From positions 1 to 43,201 of the forward strand of contig MNWE01000046.1 of the NCBI GenBank assembly GCA_001872265.1: 43,201 bases of DNA, given 5' to 3'. Position 1 is the first letter of the stretch, and the number at the start of each line of letters is the position of its first letter. The notes under the pieces are model-generated. The model saw nothing but the letters and a program-made list of their open reading frames with translations. It did no database searches and had not been told where the DNA came from. Made by a program: the position numbers and the translations under genes. The DNA is from Parcubacteria group bacterium CG1_02_39_15. Lineage in GTDB: Bacteria; Patescibacteriota; Minisyncoccia; Minisyncoccales; Paceibacteraceae. This document shows positions 34,484 through 42,816 of this stretch, in pieces.

Positions 34484-35488
34484 ATGCCAAGAAAAATCGG
34501 AATTGATTTAGGTACCTGTAACTCTTTGGTCTTTGTGCCGGGGAAAGGAGTGGTCTTGCAAGAGCCATCGGTTGTAGCTGTGGCTCTTTCTGAAAACAAA
34601 ATTTTAGCTGTGGGCGAAGCAGCTAAAGAGATGATCGGCCGCACTCCCGACACCATCAGAGTTTATCGTCCCTTAAAAGACGGAGTAATCGCTGATTTCC
34701 GGGTGACTTTAGCTATGTTGAGATATTTTATTGACAAGGTTTCTGGATTTTGGCGATTCATTAAACCAGAATTATTGATCGGAGTTCCGGCCGGTATCAC
34801 TTCTACCGAAAGGCGGGCAGTTATTGAGGCTGGTGTAACGGCTGGAGCTAAACAAGTTTTTGTAGCTAAAGAGCCCATCTTGGCTGCTATTGGGGCTGGA
34901 GTGCCGATTAGCTCTTGTTCGGGAAATATGATTGTGGATATCGGCGGCGGAACATCCGAGGTGGCGGTAATTTCTTTGGGCGGAATAGTAACTGCTAATT
35001 CAGTTAGAGTTGCTGGCGACGAAATGGATTTGGCTATTTCTGACTACATTAAGAAAAAATACAATTTAGCTATCGGAGAACAAACCGCTGAAGATATAAA
35101 AATAAAAATTGGCACAGCTCTGCCAGAAAAGGAAGAAAAAACAATGGAAATCCGCGGGCGAGATTTAGTCTCAGGCTTGCCCAAGAACATTAAAATTTTT
35201 TCTGGTGAAATAGCCGCTGCCATTACCGATCCTCTCGCAGAAATTATTCAAGTAATCAAGCAGGTGTTAAGGGATACTCCGCCAGAGTTATCAGCTGATA
35301 TTATGGATAAGGGTATGGTCTTGGCCGGCGGAGGGAGCTTGTTAAAGAACCTTCCCAGTCTTATTGCCCAATCAACCGGTGTGCCTTGCATTTTGGCCGA
35401 AGAGCCTTTATCTTGCGTGGCTAGGGGCACTGGTGTAGTTCTGGAAAACCTCGAAGTTTATAAAAAGAGCATAACATCTAAGAAATAA
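34484..35488 (+). CDS. mreB: Rod-shape-determining protein MreB (paralog 1)
   Basis: IGIDLGTCNS, DIGGGTSEVAVISLGG and LAGGGSLL actin-fold motifs. Confidence 0.93.
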   Translation: MPRKIGIDLGTCNSLVFVPGKGVVLQEPSVVAVALSENKILAVGEAAKEMIGRTPDTIRVYRPLKDGVIADFRVTLAMLRYFIDKVSGFWRFIKPELLIGVPAGITSTERRAVIEAGVTAGAKQVFVAKEPILAAIGAGVPISSCSGNMIVDIGGGTSEVAVISLGGIVTANSVRVAGDEMDLAISDYIKKKYNLAIGEQTAEDIKIKIGTALPEKEEKTMEIRGRDLVSGLPKNIKIFSGEIAAAITDPLAEIIQVIKQVLRDTPPELSADIMDKGMVLAGGGSLLKNLPSLIAQSTGVPCILAEEPLSCVARGTGVVLENLEVYKKSITSKK

Positions 35489-35632
35489 ATCAAAAAATAA
35501 ACATTACAAACAACTTTGTCTCAACCTTATATCTACTTTATATCAATTTATATCCTTGATATATATAGAGATAAAGTTGAAATAAATAGAGATAAATAGA
35601 GATAAATTGTTTTGACTTTTGTATCTTGAGTT
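35489..35632. repeat. TATATC/GATAAA low-complexity palindromic spacer element
   Basis: The left arm has TTATATC words. The right arm has GATATA/AGAGATAAAT words, including AATAGAGATAAATAGAGATAAAT. Confidence 0.6.
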
Positions 35633-36508
35633 ATGATTATCGGGCATCAAAAACAATGGCAGTTTTTAGAGAACCTTTTTCAATCTAAGAGAATTCCCCA
35701 CGCTCTTTTATTTTGTGGCCCAGAAAAATTGGGGAAAAGAACAATTGCTTTAGAGTTTGTTAAATTAATTTGCGGAAAAGATATTTTAGAAAGAGAGCAT
35801 CCTGATTTTATTTTAGTGGAGCCGGAACAAAAAGAAATTCAGATATCGCAAATAAGAGAACTTAGCTGGAGACTTGCTTTAAAACCTTATTCTAGCCCAT
35901 TTAAAATTGCCGTCATAAACAAAGCCCATTGTTTAAATCCGGAAGCTCAAAATTCGCTTTTAAAAACCCTGGAAGAACCCAAAGGAAACGCCATTCTGAT
36001 TTTAATAACCTCCTTGCCCGAAGCCTTATTCCCGACAATTCGTTCTCGCTGCGAAATTATTAAGTTTTATCCAGTAAAAAACTCTGAAATCGAAAAATTC
36101 TTAAGGGCTCAAAAAACAGTTCCGGAGAAATGGCAAGAAATTATTAGTTTGGCTTCTGGCAGGCCCGGTCTCGTAATGGACTTACTCCAAACTCCTCAAG
36201 CAATAGACAACCAAAAGAAGATAAGGAACAGCTTTATTAAAATTATCCAGTCAGACTTATTTTTGCGCTTTCAATACGCTAAAACGCTATCTGCTGATTC
36301 TGAAAATCTGAAAAACGCTTTAGAGATCTGGATGTCCTTGCTGAGAGACGCTTTAATCTCCAAAATAAAAGGGAAAGCGGGCCTGGGAAATTATTCCGCC
36401 ACGAAACTTATAGAAGCAATTCGGAAAATTCAAACAACGAATTTTTTAATTTCAACCACTAATGTTAATCCAAAATTAGCTTTAGAAGTTTTACTCATGG
36501 AACTGTAA
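35633..36508 (+). CDS. holB: DNA polymerase III delta-prime subunit
   Basis: HALLFCGPEKLGKRT (AAA+ P-loop variant), LLKTLEEP and SRC motifs. Confidence 0.88.
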   Translation: MIIGHQKQWQFLENLFQSKRIPHALLFCGPEKLGKRTIALEFVKLICGKDILEREHPDFILVEPEQKEIQISQIRELSWRLALKPYSSPFKIAVINKAHCLNPEAQNSLLKTLEEPKGNAILILITSLPEALFPTIRSRCEIIKFYPVKNSEIEKFLRAQKTVPEKWQEIISLASGRPGLVMDLLQTPQAIDNQKKIRNSFIKIIQSDLFLRFQYAKTLSADSENLKNALEIWMSLLRDALISKIKGKAGLGNYSATKLIEAIRKIQTTNFLISTTNVNPKLALEVLLMEL

Positions 36509-36511
36509 TTT

Positions 36512-37072
36512 ATGGGCACTTACAAAGAGACTATCAGTAAAATTAAACCAGAATTTGATAAAGTAATTAACTTTTTGGAAAGAGAATTAAGCAAAATCCA
36601 CACTGGCAGAGCCACTCCGGCCTTAGTAGAAGATGTGCAGGTTGAGTGTTTTGGCGAGAAGTTTCCCTTAAAGCAATTGGCAGCAATTTCTATTCCTGAG
36701 CCAAAACAAATTTTGATTCAGCCCTGGGATAAATCTTATGTTGAAGGCATTCTGGCTGCTCTAGGGAAGACCGGAATTGGAGCCTCGCCCATACTAGATA
36801 AAGACGTGATTAGGATTAATTTGCCTCCCTTGAGCGAAGAATACAGAAAGCAACTAACCCATTTGATTGTTGAAAAACAAGAAGAATCTCGGAGAACAAT
36901 TCGCCATTGGAGGGAAGAAGCCTGGGGAGAAATCCAAAATGGATTTAGGGAAGGAAAAGTTAGAGAAGATGATAAATTTCGCGCCAAAGACGAACTCCAA
37001 GATTTAGTAGATGAATACAATGAAAAGGTTGAAGAGATAGGAGAGAAAAAGAAGAAAGAGATTATATTATAA
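36512..37072 (+). CDS. frr: Ribosome recycling factor
   Basis: ELSKIHTGRATPALVEDV...INLPPLSEE.R. Confidence 0.95.
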   Translation: MGTYKETISKIKPEFDKVINFLERELSKIHTGRATPALVEDVQVECFGEKFPLKQLAAISIPEPKQILIQPWDKSYVEGILAALGKTGIGASPILDKDVIRINLPPLSEEYRKQLTHLIVEKQEESRRTIRHWREEAWGEIQNGFREGKVREDDKFRAKDELQDLVDEYNEKVEEIGEKKKKEIIL

Positions 37073-37081
37073 ACATATATT

Positions 37082-38170
37082 ATGGTTCTTAATATCCTAA
37101 TTGCTTTTTTCAGTTTAATTGGTCTATTGACTCTCCACGAATTTGGCCACTTTGTTTTAGCAAAAAGATGCGGAGTGAAAGTGGAAGAATTTGGCATAGG
37201 TTACCCTCCAAAGTTATTCGGAAAAAAATTTGGCGAGACAGTTTATTCTTTAAACCTCTTGCCTTTTGGCGCTTTCGTTCGGATCCATGGCGAGGAGGGC
37301 GGCATTGAGGATTACCGAAGTTTCATTGGAAAACCGATGCGCCAGAGGGTATTAATTATTTTAGGAGGAGTGATTTCTTTCTGGATAATTGCTGCAATTT
37401 TATTAAGCATTACTTTTAGTTTAGGAATACCCACTCCGGTGAGCGATGAGATTAACCAAGGGATAGTTGCTCCCCAGGTTCAAATTGCCCAGGTCGCCGA
37501 AGATTCGCCAGCCGAAGTCGCCGGACTCCAACCCCTTGATATTATTAAAGAAATAAAATATCAAGATTCTGTTTTGCGCAGCGACAAAGTTAATGAAATA
37601 ACTAATTTTATTAATGAACATCGCGGCAAGGAAATCACTTTAACAATTCAAAGATGGGAAGAAATCATTGAGGTTAGTTTGGTTCCTCGCTTATCGCCGC
37701 CGGCGGGGGAGGGAGCAACGGGAGTGGCTTTAGTCAGAACCGCTCTGCGTTCCTTTCCCTGGTATGAGTCTCCTTGGCGAGGAATAACTGCTACCGGCCA
37801 AATTACCGTTGCTGCCTTGCAGGGATTAGCCGGAGTATTCAGTCAAGTTCTTAAGGGGGAAGGCCTTCCGGCCGGTGCTTCTTTAATGGGGCCTTTAGGA
37901 ATTTTTGATTTCCTGAGACATGCCTGGCAGTTAGGGTTAAGCTACTTTTTATATTTCACTGCTTTAATTTCCATATTATTAGCCATATTCAATCTTTTGC
38001 CCATTCCGGCTTTGGACGGAGGGAAACTGCTTTTTTTGACAATTGAAGCTGTAAGAAGAAAGCCGGTTCCTCAGAAAGTAGAACAAAACATCACCGCTTT
38101 CTTCTTCCTTTTATTGATTACTTTTATGATTTTTGTCACCATAAAATTTGATATACCGCGCATTTTCTGA
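37082..38170 (+). CDS. rseP: RIP metalloprotease RseP (M50 with PDZ domain)
   Basis: HEFGHF, a PDZ segment, and NLLPIPALDGG. Confidence 0.92.
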   Translation: MVLNILIAFFSLIGLLTLHEFGHFVLAKRCGVKVEEFGIGYPPKLFGKKFGETVYSLNLLPFGAFVRIHGEEGGIEDYRSFIGKPMRQRVLIILGGVISFWIIAAILLSITFSLGIPTPVSDEINQGIVAPQVQIAQVAEDSPAEVAGLQPLDIIKEIKYQDSVLRSDKVNEITNFINEHRGKEITLTIQRWEEIIEVSLVPRLSPPAGEGATGVALVRTALRSFPWYESPWRGITATGQITVAALQGLAGVFSQVLKGEGLPAGASLMGPLGIFDFLRHAWQLGLSYFLYFTALISILLAIFNLLPIPALDGGKLLFLTIEAVRRKPVPQKVEQNITAFFFLLLITFMIFVTIKFDIPRIF

Positions 38171-38212
38171 CGAAAATGCAAATTCCAAGGTATAAACATC
38201 ATATTTTTCTTT

Positions 38213-39460
38213 ATGAAACAATCTGAACTATTCGCCAAAACTTTAAAAGAGACGCCAAAAGACGAAAAAAGCATAAATAGCCAACTGCTTTTGAGGGCCG
38301 GCTTTATTTATAAAGAAATGGCTGGCGTTTTTACTTATTTGCCTTTGGGTTTGAAAGTTCTAAGGAAAATCGAAAACATTATTAGAGAAGAAATGAGCAA
38401 AATTTCTGGCCAAGAAATTTTAATGACTGTTTTCCAGCCAAAAAATCTTTGGGAAGAAACGGGCAGGTGGGCAAAAGAAATAGGAGAGGTTATGTATAAA
38501 TGTCAGGAAGATAAAAAAGAAATCGGTTTGGGGCCCACCCATGAAGAGATGATAACCGACATAGCCAGGCATTACGTTAAATCTTACGAGGACCTTCCTT
38601 TTTTTCTCTATCAAATTCAAACCAAATTTAGAAAAGAACCGAGGGCGAGATCGGGCTTGCTGCGGGGAAGGGAATTTGACATGAAAGATCTCTATAGTTT
38701 TCACAGCTCAGAAGAAGATTTTAAAAAATATTATCAAAAAGCAGCTCAGGCTTATTTAAAAATTTTCGAGAGATGCGGATTGGAAGCGATTTTAACTGAA
38801 GCTTCAGGAGCCGGGTTTACTAAAGAGTATACCCACGAATTCCAGGTTTTAGCCGAAGGAGGAGAGGATACTATTTTATATTGCTTGAAGGGAGATTTTG
38901 CTCAAAATAAAGAGATTGCCAAGTTGAAAGCTGGTGATAAGTGCCCTAAGTGTAAAAATATTTTAAAAGAAGGAAGTTCGATTGAGGTGGGGAATATTTT
39001 CCCCTTAGGGACTAAATATTCTCAAGCAATGGGAGCCTCTTTTATTGATAAAGATGGAAAAAGAAAATTAATTATAATGGGTTGCTACGGGATAGGGCCT
39101 TCTCGAACGATGGGCGCCATTGTTGAAGTGCGCCACGATGAAAAGGGTATAATCTGGCCAAGAGAAGTTTCTCCTTTTTTGGTCCATCTGATCCAAATTG
39201 AGAATAACAAAAAGGTCAAAAAAGCGGCTGAAAATCTTTATCAAGATTTACAGAGGAGGGAAATCGAAGTATTATATGACGATAGAGATAAGACGGCTGG
39301 AGAAAAATTCGCCGACGCTGACCTAATTGGCATACCAACCCGTTTAGTTATCAGTGAGAGAACCCTAAAACAAAACTGTGTAGAGATAAAAAAGAGAAGT
39401 GAAAAGAAAACTAAATTAGTTAAACTTTCGTATATTCGTAAAAATTTCGTAATTTCGTAG
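38213..39460 (+). CDS. proS: Proline--tRNA ligase, short form without the INS editing domain
   Basis: IQTKFRKEPRARSGLLRGREFDMKDLYSFH (class II motif 2, ProRS-like), GCYGIG motif 3, and an anticodon-binding C-terminus. Confidence 0.9.
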   Translation: MKQSELFAKTLKETPKDEKSINSQLLLRAGFIYKEMAGVFTYLPLGLKVLRKIENIIREEMSKISGQEILMTVFQPKNLWEETGRWAKEIGEVMYKCQEDKKEIGLGPTHEEMITDIARHYVKSYEDLPFFLYQIQTKFRKEPRARSGLLRGREFDMKDLYSFHSSEEDFKKYYQKAAQAYLKIFERCGLEAILTEASGAGFTKEYTHEFQVLAEGGEDTILYCLKGDFAQNKEIAKLKAGDKCPKCKNILKEGSSIEVGNIFPLGTKYSQAMGASFIDKDGKRKLIIMGCYGIGPSRTMGAIVEVRHDEKGIIWPREVSPFLVHLIQIENNKKVKKAAENLYQDLQRREIEVLYDDRDKTAGEKFADADLIGIPTRLVISERTLKQNCVEIKKRSEKKTKLVKLSYIRKNFVIS

Positions 39461-39463
39461 GGT

Positions 39464-40516
39464 ATGTTAAACAAACTTCTCCATCTTTTTTCAGAAGACA
39501 TAGCTATTGATTTGGGAACAGCCAACTCGGAGGTTTATGTTCGGGGTCGGGGAATCGTTATCCAGGAACCTTCGGTAGTGGCAATAAATCAGAAAACCGG
39601 CCAGATTTTGGCTATCGGCCTGGAAGCTAAAAAAATGGTAGGCAGAACGCCAGCTCACATTGTTGCCACCAGGCCTCTTAGAGCAGGAGTGATTTCTGAT
39701 TTTGAGGTAACCGAGCAAATGCTGAGGTATTTTATTGAAAAAGCCCATAAAAGAAGATGGCCTCTGAATCCTCGGCCAAGAATAATTATTGGTATTCCCT
39801 CCGGCGTAACTGAAGTGGAGACAAAGGCAGTGATTGATGCTGGAAAATCGGCCGGGGCAAGAGAGGTCTTTTTGATTGAAGAACCCATGGCAGCCGCTAT
39901 TGGCGCCCGTCTTCCGGTTCAGGAAGCAGGGGGCAATTTTGTTGTTGATATTGGTGGCGGGACAACCGAAGTGGCAATTATTTCTTTGGGAGGAATAGTT
40001 TTGGCTAAAAGTTTAAGAGTGGCCGGAGATAAACTTAATGAAGATATAATTCAGTTTGCTCAAGAAGAATATAAATTATTAATTGGCGAGAGAACCGCCG
40101 AAGCCATCAAGATTGGCATTGGCTCAGCTTATCCCCTTAAAGACAAAAGGGAGTTGCCAATGCGAGGCAGAAACTTAGTCACCGGCCTACCCGAAGAAAT
40201 TATGGTTTCTGACGAAGATATAAGAAGGGCAATGGAAAAATCAGTGAAGCAAATTATTGCCGAAATTAAAACAGCGGTTGAGGAAACGCCGCCCGAATTA
40301 TTGGCCGATGTGATGGCTCAAGGAATTCATCTGTCTGGAGGGGGCTCACTTCTGCGAGGCCTAGATATTTTAGTGGCTAAGGAAACCAAGATTCCGACTA
40401 AAATGATTGAAGATCCCATGACTGCCGTAGTGAGGGGAGCGGGTCAGGTGCTGGAAAATCTTGATGAATTGCAAGAAGTATTAGTGGAAACCGAGGAACT
40501 GGAACCACCCCGTTAA
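39464..40516 (+). CDS. mreB: MreB (paralog 2)
   Basis: IAIDLGTANS, DIGGGTTEVAIISLGG and LSGGGSLLRGL. Confidence 0.93.
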   Translation: MLNKLLHLFSEDIAIDLGTANSEVYVRGRGIVIQEPSVVAINQKTGQILAIGLEAKKMVGRTPAHIVATRPLRAGVISDFEVTEQMLRYFIEKAHKRRWPLNPRPRIIIGIPSGVTEVETKAVIDAGKSAGAREVFLIEEPMAAAIGARLPVQEAGGNFVVDIGGGTTEVAIISLGGIVLAKSLRVAGDKLNEDIIQFAQEEYKLLIGERTAEAIKIGIGSAYPLKDKRELPMRGRNLVTGLPEEIMVSDEDIRRAMEKSVKQIIAEIKTAVEETPPELLADVMAQGIHLSGGGSLLRGLDILVAKETKIPTKMIEDPMTAVVRGAGQVLENLDELQEVLVETEELEPPR

Positions 40517-40538
40517 AATTTCTAATTTCTAAACCTTT

Positions 40539-40823
40539 ATGATTACTAGGAAAGAGGTTCAACACATCGCAAAATTAGCAAGATTGGGCTTAACAGAAAA
40601 AGAAATGGGGAAGTTCCAAAAGGAGCTTTCAAAGATTTTAGATTATATAGAGAAACTGAAAAAGGTTAATGTCTCTGAGGTGGAGCCGACAAGCCATTCC
40701 ACCAAAATTGAGAATGTGATGAGAGCAGATAAAAGTTTAAAGTTTAAAGTTCAAAGTTCAAAGTTAATGGAGCTGGCGCCGGAGACTAAAAACGGCTACT
40801 TAAAAGTAAAATCCATATTCTAA
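40539..40823 (+). CDS. gatC: Glu/Asp-tRNA amidotransferase subunit C
   Basis: VQHIAKLARLGLTEKE...ILDYIEKL. It directly precedes gatA. Confidence 0.9.
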   Translation: MITRKEVQHIAKLARLGLTEKEMGKFQKELSKILDYIEKLKKVNVSEVEPTSHSTKIENVMRADKSLKFKVQSSKLMELAPETKNGYLKVKSIF

Positions 40824-42289
40824 TGGGGCTTACTGATTTGACAATTACCCAGGCTCATCAGGGATTAGTCAAAAAGGAATTTTCAGCTTTAGAACTTTGC
40901 AAGGCCTATTTAGACAAAATCAAAGAAAGAGACAGAGAGATATTTGCCTTTTTAACTGTCGTAGAAAATCTTGCTCTTTCTCAAGCAAAAGAGGTTGATG
41001 ATTTAATTTCTGCCGGAGAAAAAATTCCGATTTTAGCCGGTATTCCTTCGGCCATCAAAGATGTCATTTTAATTGAAGGAATTCGTTGTACGGCCGGTTC
41101 CAAAATCTTGGAAAATTACGTTGCTCCTTATGATGCGACAGTAATTAAAAAACTCAAAGGAGAGAAAGCGGTTTTTTTGGGAAAAACAAATTTAGACGAG
41201 TTTGCCATGGGTGCCTCCACCGAGCATTCGGCTTTTGGCCCGACCAGAAATCCTCGTGATTTAACTCGGGTTCCCGGCGGTTCCTCCGGCGGCTCGGCTG
41301 CCGCTGTGGCGGCTCAAGAGTGTATTTATGCTTTGGGTTCAGATACCGGAGGTTCAATTCGCCAGCCAGCTTCCTTTTGCGGAGTGGTAGGATTAAAACC
41401 GACTTACGGAGCAGTATCAAGATATGGTTTAATCGCTTTTGCTTCTTCCTTAGACCAAATCGGGCCAATAACAAAAAATGTAGAGGATTGTAAAATAGTT
41501 TTCGATGCTATCAAAGGAAAGGACGAGATGGATTCTACAAGCATTGATTTAAATTCCAAATTCCAAAATCCAAATTACAAACAAATTCCAAATTCCAAAT
41601 TCCAAATTAGAAACCTGCGACTCGGCGTACCGAAAGAATATTTTGTTAAAGGGTTGGATCCAGGAATAGAAAAATTAGTGAAAGCGGCGATTAAAAAATA
41701 CGAAGAAATGGGAGCTAAAATTGAGGAGGTAAGCCTGCCTCATACAGAATACGCCCTACCAGCTTATTATATAATTAATCCTTCTGAGGCTTCAGCTAAT
41801 TTAGCTCGTTACGACGGTATAAAGTTTGGCTACTCCGTAGCCAAACCACAGACAAACACAGATACTTTATTAGACGTGTATTTAAAGAGCAGAGGACAGG
41901 GGTTTGGCCAAGAAGTAAGAAGGAGAATTATGCTGGGAACTTATTCTTTATCAGCCGGATATTATGAAGCTTATTATCTAAAAGCTCAAAAGGTGAGGAC
42001 CTTAGTAAAAAATGATTTTGAAAAGGTTTTTAAAGAAGTAGACGCTATTTTAGGCCCGGTTTCGCCAATTCTTCCTTTTAAAATAGGCGAGAAGGTCGGT
42101 GATCCTCTTTCAATGTATTTAGTCGATGTTTACACAGTCGCCATTAATTTGGTAGGGGTGCCGGCTCTTTCCCTGCCCTGCGGAAAAGTGGGGCAGCTGC
42201 CGGTCGGCCTGCAAATTATTGGCAAACCGTTTGAAGAAGATATAATTTTAGAAATAGGAGAAAAATTTGAACAAACATGTCAGAAATAA
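40823..42289 (+). CDS. gatA: Glu/Asp-tRNA amidotransferase subunit A (amidase signature)
   Basis: GGSSGGSAAAVAA, GSDTGGSIRQPASFCG. Full length. Confidence 0.95.
   Translation: MGLTDLTITQAHQGLVKKEFSALELCKAYLDKIKERDREIFAFLTVVENLALSQAKEVDDLISAGEKIPILAGIPSAIKDVILIEGIRCTAGSKILENYVAPYDATVIKKLKGEKAVFLGKTNLDEFAMGASTEHSAFGPTRNPRDLTRVPGGSSGGSAAAVAAQECIYALGSDTGGSIRQPASFCGVVGLKPTYGAVSRYGLIAFASSLDQIGPITKNVEDCKIVFDAIKGKDEMDSTSIDLNSKFQNPNYKQIPNSKFQIRNLRLGVPKEYFVKGLDPGIEKLVKAAIKKYEEMGAKIEEVSLPHTEYALPAYYIINPSEASANLARYDGIKFGYSVAKPQTNTDTLLDVYLKSRGQGFGQEVRRRIMLGTYSLSAGYYEAYYLKAQKVRTLVKNDFEKVFKEVDAILGPVSPILPFKIGEKVGDPLSMYLVDVYTVAINLVGVPALSLPCGKVGQLPVGLQIIGKPFEEDIILEIGEKFEQTCQK
41551..41615. repeat. Left-arm-only copy of the CCAAATT element, in frame inside gatA
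   Basis: AAATTCCAAATTCCAAAATCCAAATTACAAACAAATTCCAAATTCCAAATTCCAAATTAGAAACC encodes NSKFQNPNYKQIPNSKFQIRN. Confidence 0.85.
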
Positions 42290-42798
42290 TCCAAGGTATT
42301 ATTCATTTTATTCTTTCGCCAACTTTTCCCGATTGGGTAAAATTAATAAGGTTTATTTTTATAATTATAAGTTTTTTCTTTTTAGGATATGTTATTTGGG
42401 CTTTACTTAAGACCTCCTGGTTTTATCGGTTAGTCATCTGGGATTTAGAAGAAATTTTAACCTATCGTCCTTTTGGGGTAAGAAAGATTGTCAGAGATTG
42501 GCAAAAAATCAAAGCTGGCTTAATAACAGGCCAAGAGTCAGAATATAAATTGGCGGTTTTTAAGGCAGATGCCATGTTAGATAGAATTTTAACTGGAATG
42601 GGATTTGGCGGAAAAACCTTGGGCGAGAGGCTGACCAAGCTGACAATCGCTTCTGTTCCTAACGTTGAAGACGTTAAACAGGCCCATAAAACCCGCAATA
42701 ATATCGTTCACGACCCGGATTATCGTTTAAGCTTAGAAGAGGCCAAAAAAACAGTTGAAACTTACGAAAAAGCCCTGACCGATTTACAAGCCCTCTAA
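42277..42798 (+). CDS. Hypothetical membrane protein
   Basis: N-terminal hydrophobic helices and a soluble C-terminal helical domain (AHKTRNNIVHD). Confidence 0.55.
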   Translation: MSEIIQGIIHFILSPTFPDWVKLIRFIFIIISFFFLGYVIWALLKTSWFYRLVIWDLEEILTYRPFGVRKIVRDWQKIKAGLITGQESEYKLAVFKADAMLDRILTGMGFGGKTLGERLTKLTIASVPNVEDVKQAHKTRNNIVHDPDYRLSLEEAKKTVETYEKALTDLQAL

Positions 42799-42811
42799 AG
42801 CGTGTTAATAT
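42783..42811 (+). promoter_or_regulatory. Sigma70-like promoter candidate for the tRNA cluster (TTTACA-N17-TAATAT)
   Basis: TTTACA at 42783-42788 and TAATAT at 42806-42811. The -10 element ends 5 nt before tRNA nucleotide 1. Confidence 0.45.
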
Positions 42812-42816
42812 ACCGT

